In this document: in pieces, positions 13,801-27,733 of the stretch | Position numbering within the stretch: the first letter of the stretch is position 1 | Layout: every line of letters begins with the position of its first letter | Assembly: GCF_963921235.1 (NCBI RefSeq) | Contig: NC_086097.1 | Location: 54,748,001-54,812,000 of the forward strand | Length of the DNA stretch: 64,000 nucleotides | Direction of reading: 5' to 3' | Source: Mobula hypostoma | Taxonomy: Eukaryota | Translations under genes and position numbers: made by a program | Notes under the pieces: generated by a model | Told to the model about the DNA's origin: nothing | Seen by the model: the letters and a program-made list of their open reading frames with translations, nothing else | Database searches by the model: none

Positions 13801-14771
13801 ACTTATTTTTATGCTGTATATCAATAATTTAGATAATGGAATAAATGGCTTTGTTGCCAAGTTTGCAGATGATATGAAGATTGGAGGGGTAGGCAGTGTT
13901 AAGGAAACAGGAAGGCTCCAGAAGGACATAGACAGATTAGGAGAATGGGCAAGAAAGTGGAAAATGTAATATGTTGGAAACTGCATGGTCATTCACTTTG
14001 GTAGATGAAATAAACGTGCAGAGTATTTTCTAAATGGGGAGAGAATCCAAAAATCTGAGATGCAAAGAGATTTGGGAGTCCTTGTGCTGAACATCCTGAA
14101 GGTTAACTTGCAGGTTGAGACTGTGGTGAGCAAGACAAATGCAATGTTAGTATTCATTTCAAGAGGTCTAGAATACAACAGCAGGGATGTAATGCTGAGA
14201 TTTTATAAGGCACCGGTGAGGCCTCACCTTGAGTATTGTGAATAGTTTTGGGCTCCCTATCTAAGAAGAGATGTGCTGGCAATGGAGACGGTCCAGAAGC
14301 AGTTCACAATGATGATTCTGGGAATGAAAGGGTTATCGTAAGAGAAATATTTGATGGCTCTGGGCCTGTACTCACTGGAGTTTAGAAGGATAAGGTGAAA
14401 CCTCATTAAAAGTTTTCAAATGTTGAAAGATCTAGACAGAGTAGATGTAGAAAGGATATTTCCCATGTTGGGGGAGTCTAGGACAAGAGTGCACGCCCTC
14501 AAGATACAGGGGCATCCATTTAAAGCAGAGAAGCAGAGAAATTTCTTTAGCCAGAGGGTGGTGAATTTGTGCAACTTGTTACCACATGCAGTTGTGGAGG
14601 CCAGGTTGTTGGGTGTATTTAAAGTAGAGATTGATAGGTTCTTGATTGGCCACAACATCAAAGGCTATGGGAAGAAAGCTGGGGAGTGGGACTGAGGAGG
14701 GGAAAAAAGTATCAGCCATGACTGAATGGGCCAAATAGTCTAATTCTGCTCCTATATCTTATGGTCTTATG
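10870..14771 (+). mobile_element. Near full-length CR1-clade LINE, decayed
   Basis: SGNH-esterase-like ORF1 remnant (LVHVGTND); APE motifs (YFNALSI, MGDFN, SDHN); RT remnant (KFADD); CR1 3' end cctatatcttatggtcttat; many stops and frameshifts. Confidence 0.92.
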
Positions 14772-15126
14772 GATAAATTTGCCATCAGTCAAGCTAAGTA
14801 ACTGAAACTGAATTTAAGACCCATAATTAGATATAACACTTGTTTTTCCTCACTGAAGAATTATTAATCCATTTACTGAAAGAATTTCCTGTAGTTTTTA
14901 AATTTGATTTTTTTTTGTTAAATGGACCATTTCCTGAGTAAATTGATTTTGTTGTAGAGTTGACTGGACAAAAATCTGGCAAATGCAGTATATGTGGAAA
15001 AATGTAAAATCATCCACTTTGACGGGAAAAATAAAAGGGCAAAAACGGAGAGAGACAGCAGAATCCTGGGATGCAAAAGGATCTAGGTATCCTAGTGCAA
15101 GATTCCCAAAAGGATATAATTCAATT

Positions 15127-16140
15127 AGATACTTCAAGACCCCATATCAGGAAAAATATAAAGATACAAATGTGATGTGTTGGAGAAGGTGCGGCTCTAA
15201 GGAGGCAAATCATTTTCATATTTTCTGGGATTGCCCTAAATTAAGTCTATTTTGGGAAGGTATTCATAGAACATTAGTTAAGGTACTTAGGTCCCAGATA
15301 CCTCTGAACTTTGAGACGCTCTATTTGGGGCATGTATTGTTCCTTGAACAGAAGGAAGATATAAAGTTGCTGCAGGCCCTCTTAGCGGCAAGTAAGAAAT
15401 CAATCACTAGAAAATGGCTAAATCCAATACCACCTACATCAGAAGATTGGTACGAAATTATCTTGGAAATATTTAAAATGGAAAAGTTGACCTACTCCCT
15501 GAGAACTCAAAAAGAAACATTTTATCAAATCTGGAATAAATGGATTGAATATATAACCCCAATGCGAGCAGACTTTAGATGACTCTCCTAATGATTTATA
15601 TTGCTCTTCTCATCAACACAGTAATATTGCTAACGTAAGCACCCCTAGTCTAAATGTTTGTTGTTGTTTTTTTTTTTAGAAAATAGAGAATTAACACAAG
15701 TAAAGGGAAAGATTTGGGAAAGGGATAAAAAAAATGGAAAAAATTAAGTAAATAAGTACATAGGGATTGGATAATTATGTCTGCGGGCAGGAACAAGCAC
15801 GAACAAATTGGGATATAAACACCTACAATGGTTGGTATAAAGGCTTGTATGCAACATTTTGGACCAGTGGAAATGGTCCAGAAGGGTTGTATGGAAACTA
15901 TTATTACCATTTTTCTTAACAACTAATTTCATTACTTAGCCTAATAGGTTAGATTTACCACAGTACATAATTATCTATTTAAATGTTTATTTTGCTTTTA
16001 TATCATCTCAATGTGTACTTAAGAATGTATAAATAATTGTAGTTTTATACATATAAAAAAATGGAAAAGGTTATATGTGTGAAAAAAGTACATGATAATT
16101 GTGAACTCCTTATCCAAATAAAAATAAAATTAAAAAAAAA
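15127..16140 (+). mobile_element. 5'-truncated L1/Tx1-clade LINE (ORF2 C-terminus, 3' UTR, poly-A)
   Basis: CWRRCGSKEANHFHIFWDCPKL cysteine-rich motif, stop at 15582, AATAAA plus A-tail at about 16117-16140; sits inside a CR1 fragment. Confidence 0.85.
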
Positions 16141-16377
16141 GAAAAGCTAATAAAATGTTATTGTACTGACCTCCTCTAGCAATAAGGCTGGGAAATTATA
16201 CTTTAGCTGTGTAGGGCTTTGAAAGAGCATTTACATTTCCTTATAAAATAGAGCTCCTTATTTAAAGAAGGATGGCATTGTATCGGAAACAGTTTATGAA
16301 AGCTCACTAGACTAATACCTAACATGGATGTGTTCTTTTACAAGGTTGAACAGGCCAGGCGTACACAGTAAATCACA

Positions 16378-17085
16378 ACCACAAGAAAATCTACAGATGC
16401 TGGAAACCCAAAGTAACACACACACACAATGCTGAAGGAGCTCAACAGGTCAGGTAACATCTATGGAAAAGAGTAAACAGTCAATATTTTGGGCCAAGAC
16501 CCTTCTTCAGGACTGAGAAGGAAGAGGGAAGATGCCAGAATAAAAAGGTGGAGGGAGGGGAAAGAGACTAGCTGGAAAGTGACAGGTGAAGCCAGGTGGG
16601 TGGGAAAGGTCAAGGGCTGAAGAAGAATCTGTTAGGAGATGAGAGGGGACAATAGGAGAAAGAGGAGGAGGAGGGGACCCAGGGGAAAGTAATTGGCAGG
16701 TGAGAAGTAGTGAAAGGTCAGAGTGGGAATAGAGGAAAGGAGGGAGGGAAATTTATTCACTGGAAGGAGAAATCAATATTCATGCCATTAGTCGGAGATA
16801 CCAGACAGAATACAAGGTGTTGCTCCCCCACCCTGAGAGTGACCTCATCATGGCACGAGGAGGCCACGAATCGACACATCGGAACAAGAAAGGGAATCGG
16901 AATTAAAGCTTTTGGCCACCTAGAAGTCCTGTTTGTGGTGGATGGCGTGGAAGTGCTCGACGAAGCGCTCCCCAATTTATGACATGTCTCACCAATGTAG
17001 AGGAGACTGCATTGAGAGCACCAGACACAATAGACAACCCTAGCAGATTCAAAAGTAAGATGCTGCCTCACCTGGAAGAACTGTC
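16378..17085 (-). mobile_element. Old Penelope-like element 3' fragment
   Basis: GIY-YIG remnant VVYCVWCSQCSLLYIGET...EQHLVF; pLTR with degenerate hammerhead at about 16479-16514. Confidence 0.85.
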
Positions 17086-19269
17086 CACAACCTTCCCAAA
17101 ACCTACATGACGTTAAAGTCATGAATGAGATTGAGCACCCTTGACAAGCATCCAGCTATGCTGCATCACAATATCGGTCAGATTTTCATAAGTTTGAAAA
17201 AAGCTTGAAGAAATAAAATATAAGAGGAGCATATACTGTACGTTAAACAGCAGGACCCTTGGGATCATTGAGGTGTGAGTCTATAGTTCCCTACAAGTTA
17301 AAAGGGTGGTAAAGGTCTCAATAGGTCAGCATGTTGAGTATAACCACAGGAAGTCACACTGCAGCTGTACAAAACATTGATTGGGCGACATTTGGTGCAT
17401 TTCTGGTCACTCCTGAAGGATATAGAGGCTTTGGAGAAGGTGCAGAAGAGGTTCACCAACGCGTTGCTGGATTAAAGATTATTAGCTATAAGGAGTATTT
17501 GGACAAACTTGGATTGTTTCCCCTGGAGCACTGGACGCTTAGGGTTGACCGGATAGAAATATTGTATATTATGAGACAAAGATAGGGTAGATCGTTAGTC
17601 TTTTTCCCAGGGTGGAGACATGAACCAGAGGCTATAGTTTTAAGGTAAGAGGAGCAGAAAGCTTAAAGTTGAGTTCCAAAGCAATATTTTTAATGCACAA
17701 AGTAGTGGGTGCACATCATGCTGAGGTAGGTGATGGAAGCAATGTTTAAGACATTTGGCAGGCACATGAACAGGCAGGGAATGAGACCATTAGACCACAA
17801 GACATAGGAGCAGAATTAGACCATTCGGCTTAGCAAGTTGGCTGCACCATTCCATCATGGCTGATCAATTATCCCACTCAACCTCATTCTCCTGCCTTCT
17901 CCCTGTAACTTTGTCACCCTTAAAAATCAAGAATCTATCAACCTCCATTTTAAACATACCCAATGATTTGGCCTCCACAGCAGTCTGTAGCAATGAATCC
18001 CATAGGTTCACCACTCTCCAAGAATGGAGTAGTACAAATCATGTGCAGGCAGATTGGATTAATTTAAATTGGCATTCTGGTTGGCAAAGACACCGTGGGC
18101 CTTTCCTGCACTGTATTGTTGTATGACTAAGTAAGAGGACATCTGATTAAAACTTAGTTAAGAGATTTAAACTTTCCCTGCCTCCCCAACCTTCAGCTCT
18201 AACCATGAATGTTAAATATTCACGTACTTTATTAGTCAAACCTAGCTACCTTTGTGGCTTCCTCATATACTCTATTTTCTAATTTCATGTGACAATAACT
18301 CTCTGGGGTCTCAACTCAACTCTCATCATTTTAGGCTTCTCCTCTGCCTATTTATGACTCCACTCCAAGCTCACAACTTCACACCCTCAATGACCCGCTC
18401 TCTACTACCGACATCCCATTCTCATTAAACTGCTAACCAACATTGCTTCCGACTCCCTTGGCAACAGACATTGTAAACAATTTCCCCAGAGCCAAGTAAA
18501 TTCCATCGGTGTCTGTGACCACCAAACTGAGCACAGCAACAGTTGCAAAGACGTGAAAGCAAAATCTGTACCAACACAGGAACATACAGAGACCCCGCAC
18601 TTTCAAAGACTTCATCTTTGAGGTGTTAATCCAAAGCTCCTCTGGTCAGTATTATGGTGCACAAAAGAAACCATGGTATTATTTAAAGAAGAACAATGTC
18701 CTAAGCAGCAGTGAAATGTAAACTGCTGGAAGAACACAATGTGTCAAGCAGCAGGTGTGGACAAGAAGGGATGGTTGATGTTTTGAGTTGAGACCCTGTA
18801 TCAGAATTGAGAATGTAGAGGGAAATAGGTGCAAAGCGGGGGAAGGGAAGGAAGATGATGGACAGATTTAAAAAGCAGGAAAAGTAATCTCAGGATTACT
18901 ACCAATGCTGCACGGGTAGAAACAGGTACACAGTGCATTTCGATACAGGGCTAAGGAGCTAGTAGAGGAGGGAGGGCTTCAGATTTATATATAATTGGCA
19001 AGGCAGGCAGGATCGCTACAAATAAAACAGTCTTCATCTGAGCTGGAAAGGAATCAGTACATTTGCTAGTGCTACTTGGAGGGTTTAAACCAGAGTGGCA
19101 GAGGGGTGGGAACCACAGCAGCAGGGCAACAGGTGGTAGGGTTGAAGGCAAGGAAGACAGTTGCCAAGTTAGACTGAAAGGGAGGAAAGCAGGGGATAAG
19201 CTAATGAACATGGTGGGACAGAATGGTTGAAATGAGTTTATTTCAACACTAGGGCTATTATGGGTAAGT

Positions 19270-19522
19270 CCTCCTGTGCAAGAGCCAAGAGCAATTCCTT
19301 TAAAGTTTTTCTACTCTGTAACTGGACAAATGCGCACAAAGTATATCGTTCCCTCTTCGCTTGTTTTCTGTGTGTCCTGCGCATGCCCAGTAGGAGGAGA
19401 TTCGCCCAAATATCCGTCTAATGTAGACGGAGATATTTTGAAAAACGCTTAGTGTGGACGCCTGTCGTTTTCACTCGAAACCGGCGTTTTCAAAATTATC
19501 CGGCGTAGTGTAGACGTAGTCT
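19270..19522. mobile_element. One end of a non-autonomous DNA transposon (PIF/Harbinger-like)
   Basis: CpG-rich block ending in ...gtagtgtagacgtagtc with subterminal gtggacg/gtagacg motifs, interrupting CR1 sequence; no matching second TIR seen. Confidence 0.5.
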
Positions 19523-21265
19523 TAGAACCTAGATAAGTACATGGAACTACGATGAATTACAAAGGCCTGGTTGCATGAGGGACAGTACTGGCAGCTCATT
19601 GTTCCTGGGTTTCCTTCTTTTATATGTGATAAAGAGGGATTTTGGAGGAGGGTAAAAGAGGTCGAGGGGTTTCACTAAGGGATAAGGGAGAATGTCACAA
19701 CGGTACTCAGAGAGGACTCATTGGAGGGATATTCCAGAGGCATTTTGGGAGGGACTCCAAAATGAGAAAGGTGTAATTGTGCAAATGAGATTATACTATC
19801 GTGCCCTCCCCCATAAGCCACTGAGAAGTAGAGAAGCAGATATATACAGATTGTGGAAAGGTGTTAAAGAAAAGGGTTTTAAAAAAGTGCTAAAGTGGGG
19901 GAATTTAACTTTACTTAATACAAGAGACTTTGATGGAGCAGGATTTCTTCAGTGCATCCAAAAGCGTTCCTGAAACACTATGTGGAGAATCCAACTAGAG
20001 AAGAAAACATACTGGATCTGGTTGTGAGAAATGAGCCAGACCGGTGATAGACCTGACAGTGGGTGAACATTTTGGGAATAGGACTGACATGTTCAGGTAA
20101 GGAGTAAGGGCAAAAATGTTAAGAGAGCCTTGAATGACCTGGAACGTCCAAAATATAGTCAGGCAGATAAAGGCAGCATAAACAAGGATTAGGAAGGAAA
20201 AAAATACAGGCTAGACCCTTCTAGAATATAAAGTGCTCAAGCAGGCAATGAGGAAGGCTCAACAAGATCAGGAAATGTACCTGGCAACCAGATCAAAAAG
20301 AAGGCGAAGGCACATTAAGGAAAAAAGAGAATAACTAAGGAGAGGGCAGGTCCACTCAAGGATGGAAAGGATAGGAGCCAGGGGGCGGGGTTGTGCTTGG
20401 AGTCAAAGCAAGTGGCAGAGTAAATGAGTACTTTGTGTCAGTATTTACTGAGGAAAAGGATTTGGAAGATAGTGTGGGCATGCTAATGTGCTGGGATATT
20501 TTAAGGTTAAGGAGAAGGTAATGCTGAATCTTCCAAGGCACATTAAGGTAGTTGTCCCCAACCCCTGATGGTATATACAGCCTACCAGAATATTGAACAA
20601 AGTGAGGAGACTGCTAGGGCTTTGACAAAGATCTTCGTGTCCTCCCTAGCAACAGGTGAGCTCCAGGAGCACTGCAGAGTAGCAAAGGTTGTGCCTTCGT
20701 TCAAGAAAGGAAATTGGGATAAACCAGATTGACCAACGATCTTCACATTAGCCGTCAGGAAGATATTGGATAGGACAGTAAAGGATAAAAATTGTGTTTG
20801 GAAAGACATGGCCTGCTTCAAGACAGTCAGCATTGCTGTGCAGGGCAAGGTGGGTCATGCCTTATAAACTTAACCAAGTTTTCCTCCCCCTCCCCCACCA
20901 AAAGGAGCTTTATGAGGATAAGGCTGTGAGCATTATTTCCTGGCATAATTTACATATTACTATTTAATTATTTATGGTGCAACTGTAACAAAAACCAATT
21001 TCCCCCAGGATCAATAAAGTATGACTATGACTATTATCTGCTTAGTAAAGCATTTGATAAGGTCCCTAATGGTAGGTTGATTAAGATAAAGATGCATTGC
21101 ATCCAGGATGAATTACAAGTTTGCCTTGCCCATAGAATGCAGAGTAGGGGTGGAAGACTTTTACTCTGATGTGACCAGTGGTGTTCTGCAAGGATTCTTG
21201 AAAATATAGATAGGTGGATTATCAAGTTTTCAGATGACAGCAAGATCGGTGGAATTGTGAACCAA

Positions 21266-21585
21266 GTGGCATGTGGCTAAGTGGTTAAGGCATTGGACCA
21301 GCTACCTGAAGGTCGTGAGTTCGAGCCCCAGCTGAGGGAACGTGTTGTGTCCTTGAGCAAGGCACTTAATCACACATTGCTCTGCGACGACACTGGTGCC
21401 AAGCTGTATGGGTCCTAATGCCCTTCCCTTGGACAGCACTGGTGTCGTGGAGAGGGGAGACTTGCAGCATGGGCAACTGCTGGTCTTCCACACAACCTTG
21501 CCCTGGCCTGTGCCCTGGAGAGTGAAGACTTTCCAGGCCCAGATTCATGGTCTCGCAAGACTAACGGATGCCTTTACTTTTACTT
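21266..21585 (+). mobile_element. tRNA-derived SINE
   Basis: A box TGGCTAAGTGG, B box GTTCGAGCC, (CTTTA)n-like tail. Confidence 0.8.
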
Positions 21586-22692
21586 TAAAGGACTATTAAA
21601 GAATACAGTGGGATATAGATCAGTTACAGATGCAGGCAGAGAAGTAGCAGGTGGAGTTTAATCTTGTTTTATATCTTACCGCAAAACAATATATCATGAC
21701 ATATGTCAGTGATGATAAACCCGATTCTGATCCAGACAATTATGTGGTGTTGTACTTTGTGAGGTCAAATAAAAAGAGGAATTATAGGTAAGTAAGTTAA
21801 TGGTAGGCCACTTAATAGTATTGAGGTATAGTGGGATCATGGAGTCTAAGTCCATAGTTGACTGAAAGTAGCTACACAGATGCAGGAGGTGGCAAAAATG
21901 GCATATGGCGTACCTGCCTTCATTGGATGGGGCGTTCAATATAAGAGTACAGAAGACATACTGCAGCTATATAAATCAGTCACACCACACTTGGAATATT
22001 GCATGAGGGTCTGATCACCCCATTATAGGAAGGATGTGGAGACTGTAGAAAAGGTACAGAAGATGTTTATCAGGATGCTGGCTAGATCAGAGGGCATGAG
22101 TGACAAGGAAAGTGTGGCTCTCCCCAGAACATCGGAAGCTGAGAGGAGACCTGACAGATGTTTATAAAATTATGAGCGGTCTGGGTAGATAGTCAGCATC
22201 CTTCCCTCAGGGTAAAAATGTCAAACACCACAAGATATGTTTTTAAGGGTGGAAGTCGAAGTTTAAAGGCAACATTAAGGGCAAGTTTTATCTTAATAAT
22301 GTAGGGAGGTAGGTGCCTGGAATAAGTTATTGGGGGTAATAATGGAAGCAGTTTGGTGGAGTTTGAGATTTCCACATAGACACATGAATATGAAAAGAAA
22401 TGGAGGGATATGGAGGAGAACAGCAAGTATAATTTGACATCAAGATCAACAAAACATTGTGAATGAATGTCTGACCAGTGTTATATTGTTCATGTTTGAT
22501 GTAGATAGGGCCAGGTGGGGGAAGACTCATGTTACAATAGAGGAACCACAAGAGGGGAAATTAAGCAGATGAAGCCACATGGGAAAGTGGAGGGAGAAGG
22601 GTAGAGACAGGTATGTGACAGGTTGAAGGGAGGGATGATAGGCAGATGGAAACCAGGTAGAGGGTAGGATGGGAAAAGTGAACCAAAGGGGT

Positions 22693-23293
22693 CAAAGAAC
22701 ACTGAGGCTATCTACAAGAAGGGTCAGAGCCAAATCTATTTCCTGAGGAGACTGAGGTCCTTTAACATCTGTCGGACGATGCTGAGGATGTTCTACGAGT
22801 CTGTGGTGGCCAGTGCTATCATGTTTGCTGTTGTGTGCTGGGGCAGCAGGCTGAGGGTAGCAGACACCAACAGAATCAACAAACTCATTCGTAAGGCCAG
22901 TGATGTTGTGGGGATGGAACTGGACTCTCTCACAGTGGTGTCTAAAAAGAGGATGCTGTCTAAGTTTGCAGGCCATCTTGGTCAATGTCTCCCATCCACT
23001 ACATAATGTACTGGGTGGGCACAGGAGTACATTCAGCCAGAGACTCATTCCACCGAGATGCAACACAGAGCGTCATAGGAAGTCATTCCTGCCTGTGGCC
23101 ATCAAACTTTACAACTCCTCCCTTGGAGGGTCAGACACCCTGAGCCGATAGGCTGGTCCTGGATTTATTTCATAATTTACTGGCATAATTTACATATTAC
23201 AATTTAACTATTTCTGGTTCTATTACTATTTATTAGTTATGGTGCAACTGTAACGAAAACCAATTTCCCCCAGGATCAATAAAGTATGACTAT
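22693..23293 (+). mobile_element. Rex1/Babar LINE 3' fragment
   Basis: YFLRRLRSFNIC...FYESVVASAIMFAVVCWG C-terminal motif; tail aataaagtatgactatga, also present as a short copy at about 20935-21034. Confidence 0.85.
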
Positions 23294-24337
23294 GAAATCT
23301 GAATAATCCATATTAGGTATGTAGGTAACACACACAAATGCTGGAGGAACTCAGCAGGCCAGGAAGCATCTATGGAAATAAGTACAGTCAACATTTCAGG
23401 CCTAGACCCTTCTCCAGCATCTGCAGATTTTCTCTTGCTTGTGTGGGGTATGCTGGTAATGGGTAGGGTAATGTGCTGGACATGGAAGCTAGTGGGCGAA
23501 AGATGAAGACCAGAGGAACTCCATTTCTGTTCTGTCTGAGAAAAGGGGCGAGTAGGAAATAGCAAAAATGCATGTGAGGGCTCCAACTATTAGAGTAAGG
23601 GAACAACTACATTTTCAAGGTAGGACTTTTCAGAGGTTCCAGAGTGGAAGGCCTCATTTTGAGAGCAAATGCGGCAGATGCCAAAACATGGTTTATGTTA
23701 GCTTCTATAAGCATCCCTTCAGGAGACAGCTCGGAGGAAGCGTAGTTGTGATAAAAACGGGAGTCTTCGGGTTTATGGTAGATAATGTGACAAACACTAC
23801 AGAAAAAATTTCTCTTCTTCACTTAACGAGATTGAGACTCGCAGTCCTCCACTTTCTTAAAGTATTTGCCTTCAATTTCTGACCTAACAAACATCGCCAC
23901 ATAATATCTCCAAATCTGTTTGTAGATGCATTTCTACTGTAACTTTGTTTGAATCACTTTAAATATGATTCCCGCTACACCACTGATAAGAACCAGTTCG
24001 TCAAAAAAACACAAATGCCATCCCTTTTCTTTGTCTACATTATCCTTCTTCATATCTGTGAAGTTTGATGTCGATGAGAATCCAACAAACCTCCTCCTCC
24101 GTTTGCTGCTTAGGGAGACAGACCCCTGTCACCTGCAATCACATCCACAGCGCTTTCACTGCTTCACTTACGCCACTATTTCAACATTATTTTCACTGAG
24201 GATGCTCCACTTCCTCGCCCAGATTTGGTTTAATCTGCAGAGCTAGATAGGGAGGGTGCTTCCAAACGGGACCAGTTAACTTTCCACAGTCTGGAGAGAA
24301 GGTGCATTGTACGGCCGACGGCCGCGTTTTCACTCAC

Positions 24338-24400
24338 CGGGCACCGATGGCTTTCTCTCTCTCGCCGCCGCTCAGCAAAGGTTTCGTGTTTCCCGCCAAA
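24338..24400 (-). other. WDHD1: Predicted WDHD1 non-coding exon 1 (TSS approximate)
   Basis: Consensus donor CGG|gtgagt at the edge of the CpG island, in WDHD1 orientation. Confidence 0.65.
24389..24400. promoter_or_regulatory. Overlapping double E2F site TTTCCCGCCAAA
   Basis: Exact match to the overlapping E2F motif type found in replication-gene promoters, located at the predicted WDHD1 start. Confidence 0.8.
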
Positions 24401-24599
24401 CGCCTCCGGCACGTCACAGACTGCGCCAGATGAGGAGGATAAAATACCATATCTTGGGTCGATTCTTAAACTAGAACTTGCTTTTGCCTTGCTTTGTTCT
24501 TTTTTAAAAGTGAACCTGGAAAAAAAAGTTTTATTTTTGTGTGAATTTTAATCTTGGGGACTCGCTGCGAGCAACCGCCCCGTCCCCGTCGTCACTTCC

Positions 24600-24688
24600 T
24601 ATCGCCGCCGATGTCAGGCCGAGGTGATAAAAGGGAGGTCCCGGGCCGGTGGCTCCGATGATCCGGCGGACGGTCGGTAACGCGAATT
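24600..24688 (+). other. SOCS4: Predicted SOCS4 non-coding exon 1 (TSS approximate)
   Basis: Donor ATT|gtaagt at 24689; ETS/CRE-like CGTCACTTCCT at 24590-24600. Confidence 0.55.
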
Positions 24689-27651
24689 GTAAGTCCTGAT
24701 CTTCTGTTGCCGTCGAAACAGCTCCCTGTTACCCAGCCGTTTGTCCGGATCCCTCCTCCCTTCACCCCACCCCCGGCTCACGCCACTTTTGTTATGGCTT
24801 CTACTTTCCGGCCACTTCTTTCCCATTCATTCGGGGTCAAACTGTTCGATGAGCGTTGATTTCTCCGGACGCGGACACCGTGCCAGGAACGGGGGTAGGG
24901 ACCGTGCAGATACCAGCAGGAGAAAATGGTGGTGGAATTAGTATAAGAGGCCTATGTTATTGATCCCATAACGGCAGCTGGGGAATCCAAATTCTAGTAA
25001 TAAAGTAAATCTGAAGATGGATCAGTAGTGATAAGTTTGAAGCGACTATAGATCTGCTAACCTTGCCTGTTTTGGCGTGTATGTGACTCCAGAATGATTG
25101 AATTAAAACGGACACATCTGGGAATGATAGTTTTACCAATAGTGTCCAGTGAGTGAATTCAGAAACAATACTAAATACACATCACTTACAGACCTCAATC
25201 ACCAAACTCCACATGCTTCCTAACTCTCCTACCCACACCATCACTTCGGCACTCACATACGTCTCTTTACACTCTTCCCCTCCCATGCCACATCACTGAA
25301 ATTACCCTACTCTCTCCCCGGCACCTGCAGCCCAACCTGGCTCCTAAATCTACCTCCTTCCACACCAACCTCATGAATCAGCCTATGAGTTTGTTAAACT
25401 GGTGACTTCCGTCCACGGCAGATCTCTTTCTCCCTTCTTTCTAATTCCACTTGCCTAGAGTAGTTCTCTTCTCCCCCCCCCCCACCCACCATGTACCATT
25501 GAAAGTATCCTGCACAGCCGTCACCTCAGAAGCTGTTTCCAACCCAACCCCTCTAGATTAATTTTTTCTTCTTCTTGTAAGGTTTGATGATATTTGGTAG
25601 ACTAACGTAAGGTACACTTATGGCTACCTGCTGAGTTGGAGTGGAGCATAGAGACGGGAAATATAACCACTAAATTTATGATAGCAGTGATATCCTAACA
25701 AACTTTCCATCTTAAACTTTGTCTGTCCCAAAGGTCTCAATTTAGTAATTAGATGTTTCCTTTGCACCTCATGGGAACTTCATTCTAATAATACTGTATG
25801 CTGCACTGTTTTTTGACAAGTGCACTTCCTACAAATGCCGGTATCATGCATGCAAATTCTGAACAAGGAATTATTTAGCCTTGTGTGTCCAATACTTAAA
25901 TGTCTAATTATAAATTCTTCCACCTTTTTATACCCATCTCTCAGTTGAATTCCCTCCATCCTCTCAATTTTATATAAATGCCATCCTTACATTTCCTTAT
26001 CCCATCTTGATTGCCACAGTGATTGAATAGACTTTTTAATTGTGGCTTTCACCCCCCCCCATGTAAAATTTGTGTAGATATGTAAGAAGCCATAATGTCT
26101 GCCTTGCATATATTGCTGAACTACTTGTGCCACTGATATACAATCATTCTTCATCTTGATCTTTTCTTGAAGCCTTAAATTAACCAGAGACAAAGGGAGA
26201 CACTATGGAGGAGCAACAGAAAAGAATACACTGAGACCATAATCCACATTAAGCAACCCAAAATTTTGTGCCCATTCATTTCCCATCCACCCAAAAGTGG
26301 AAACCTTAGGAATGCAACGCTCTCAACACTCTACAAATGTTGCCGGTATTGGATGACCAACTTTAAGTCTTATTACGTTAATCCAATAAACCATTGGTAA
26401 CTGTAGCCTGTGTAGTTGGAAAAGTACTTCACCCATTTCTACCAGTAATGTTGAAAGTGGGATGATTTAATAACATAATCTCAATGCTTGAGCTTGAACT
26501 TTAAGACTGTTGGTGAGACTGACCCATAAGGAACATATCGATAAATCAAAGACATCTAATTAAAGAAATATACATTTGTTTGTGATCTCCTACTCATACC
26601 CCAGTCACACCTAACTAAGCATATTAGGGGCTTCTCTCTTTACACATCTCTAGAATTTTATTCACGTGCACTTTCCATGTTAGTCTTGTGTCCATGCACA
26701 TAATAGAAATTTTATCACTGACTGTTGTTTAAGAGATTCACCATATAACTTGAGGTCAATTCTGGGTGTAATGTTCCTTTTAGGAAAACAAACAACTTGA
26801 GCCTTTGCAACAGAAAATTTAAACCCCACTGACATCACCATTCCTCTACTTCATTAATAGCTGCCTACATTTTCCTAACTATATAATTTATATTCCTGCC
26901 TCTCTTCCACACTGCACCATCATTAGCATGCAATGATTTGGAAATGTCTGAGCGAGCATTTAAGCAAATATCATTAATCATAATATTAAAAAAGGAGTGG
27001 GCTACACTGTGGGGTCCCATTCTCTATCTCATACTCAAAGAATGTTGTTCCCAACCTAATGTATATCTTCCTATGACATGAAAAATCTTGAATCCAATTG
27101 AACATTGTATCACCTATTTCCATCTTTCCAATTTGAGCAGCAATCCTTGTGTCCATAAAATACCATAAACTTTCTCTACATAAAAGAAAACCGCTACCAC
27201 TGATTCTTTATTAACTTTCGCCTTACGAATATCAGACTCCAAATTTAACACCAAGTCCATGGTCGTTCTCTTTGTTTTGAAATCCAGTTTGGTATACAGC
27301 TAATTTCAACTACTTTCCACAAAATAAGAAAGCCTTGCTATAACCACTTGTTTCATTAACTTACATACAGGTGAAATTGGTGAAATAGGTCTGTAACTGA
27401 AAGGATCTGATTAATCCTTACCAGGTTTCAATATAGGGATAACAACCACTAATTTCCAGGAAGCAAGAAGTTGCCCTTCAACCCATATTGTGTGAAAGAA
27501 TTTCAAAACCAACATAAGTTTCGAATCCAATAACTGTGAACATGTTATAACAAAAACAACAGGAATTCTGCAGATGCTGGAAATTCAAGCAACATACATG
27601 AAAGTTGCTGGTGAACGCAGCAGGCCAGGCAGCATCTATAGGAAGAGGTGC

Positions 27652-27687
27652 AGTCGACGTTTCAGGCCGAGACCCTTCGTCAGGACT
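27652..27687 (-). ncRNA. Minimal type I hammerhead ribozyme
   Basis: Minus strand reads AGTC-CTGACGA-AGGGTCTCGGCCT-GAAA-CGTC-GACT. Confidence 0.85.
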
Positions 27688-27697
27688 AACTGAAGGA

Positions 27698-27733
27698 AGT
27701 CCTGACGAAGGGTCTCGGCCTGAAACGTCGACT
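27698..27733 (+). ncRNA. Minimal type I hammerhead ribozyme
   Basis: Stem I AGTC/GACT, CUGACGA box, stem II AGG/CCT, GAAA box, palindromic ACGT in place of stem III, GUC cleavage triplet. Confidence 0.85.

Larger units (their letters stand above)
18950..22500 (+). mobile_element. Highly decayed CR1 LINE with younger insertions
   Basis: Scattered APE/RT-like and 3'-end CR1 similarity to the 10870-14771 copy; boundaries approximate. Confidence 0.7.
24290..24930. promoter_or_regulatory. CpG-island bidirectional promoter of WDHD1 and SOCS4
   Basis: Only CpG-dense non-TE block in the window; flanked by outward-facing donors (minus gtgagt 24337-24332; plus gtaagt 24689-24694); WDHD1/SOCS4 head-to-head synteny is known in mammals. 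Confidence 0.85.

Noticed and set aside
23607..23882. Short ORFs in unique DNA near the promoter
   Set aside because: No recognisable homology and no consistent splice pair.
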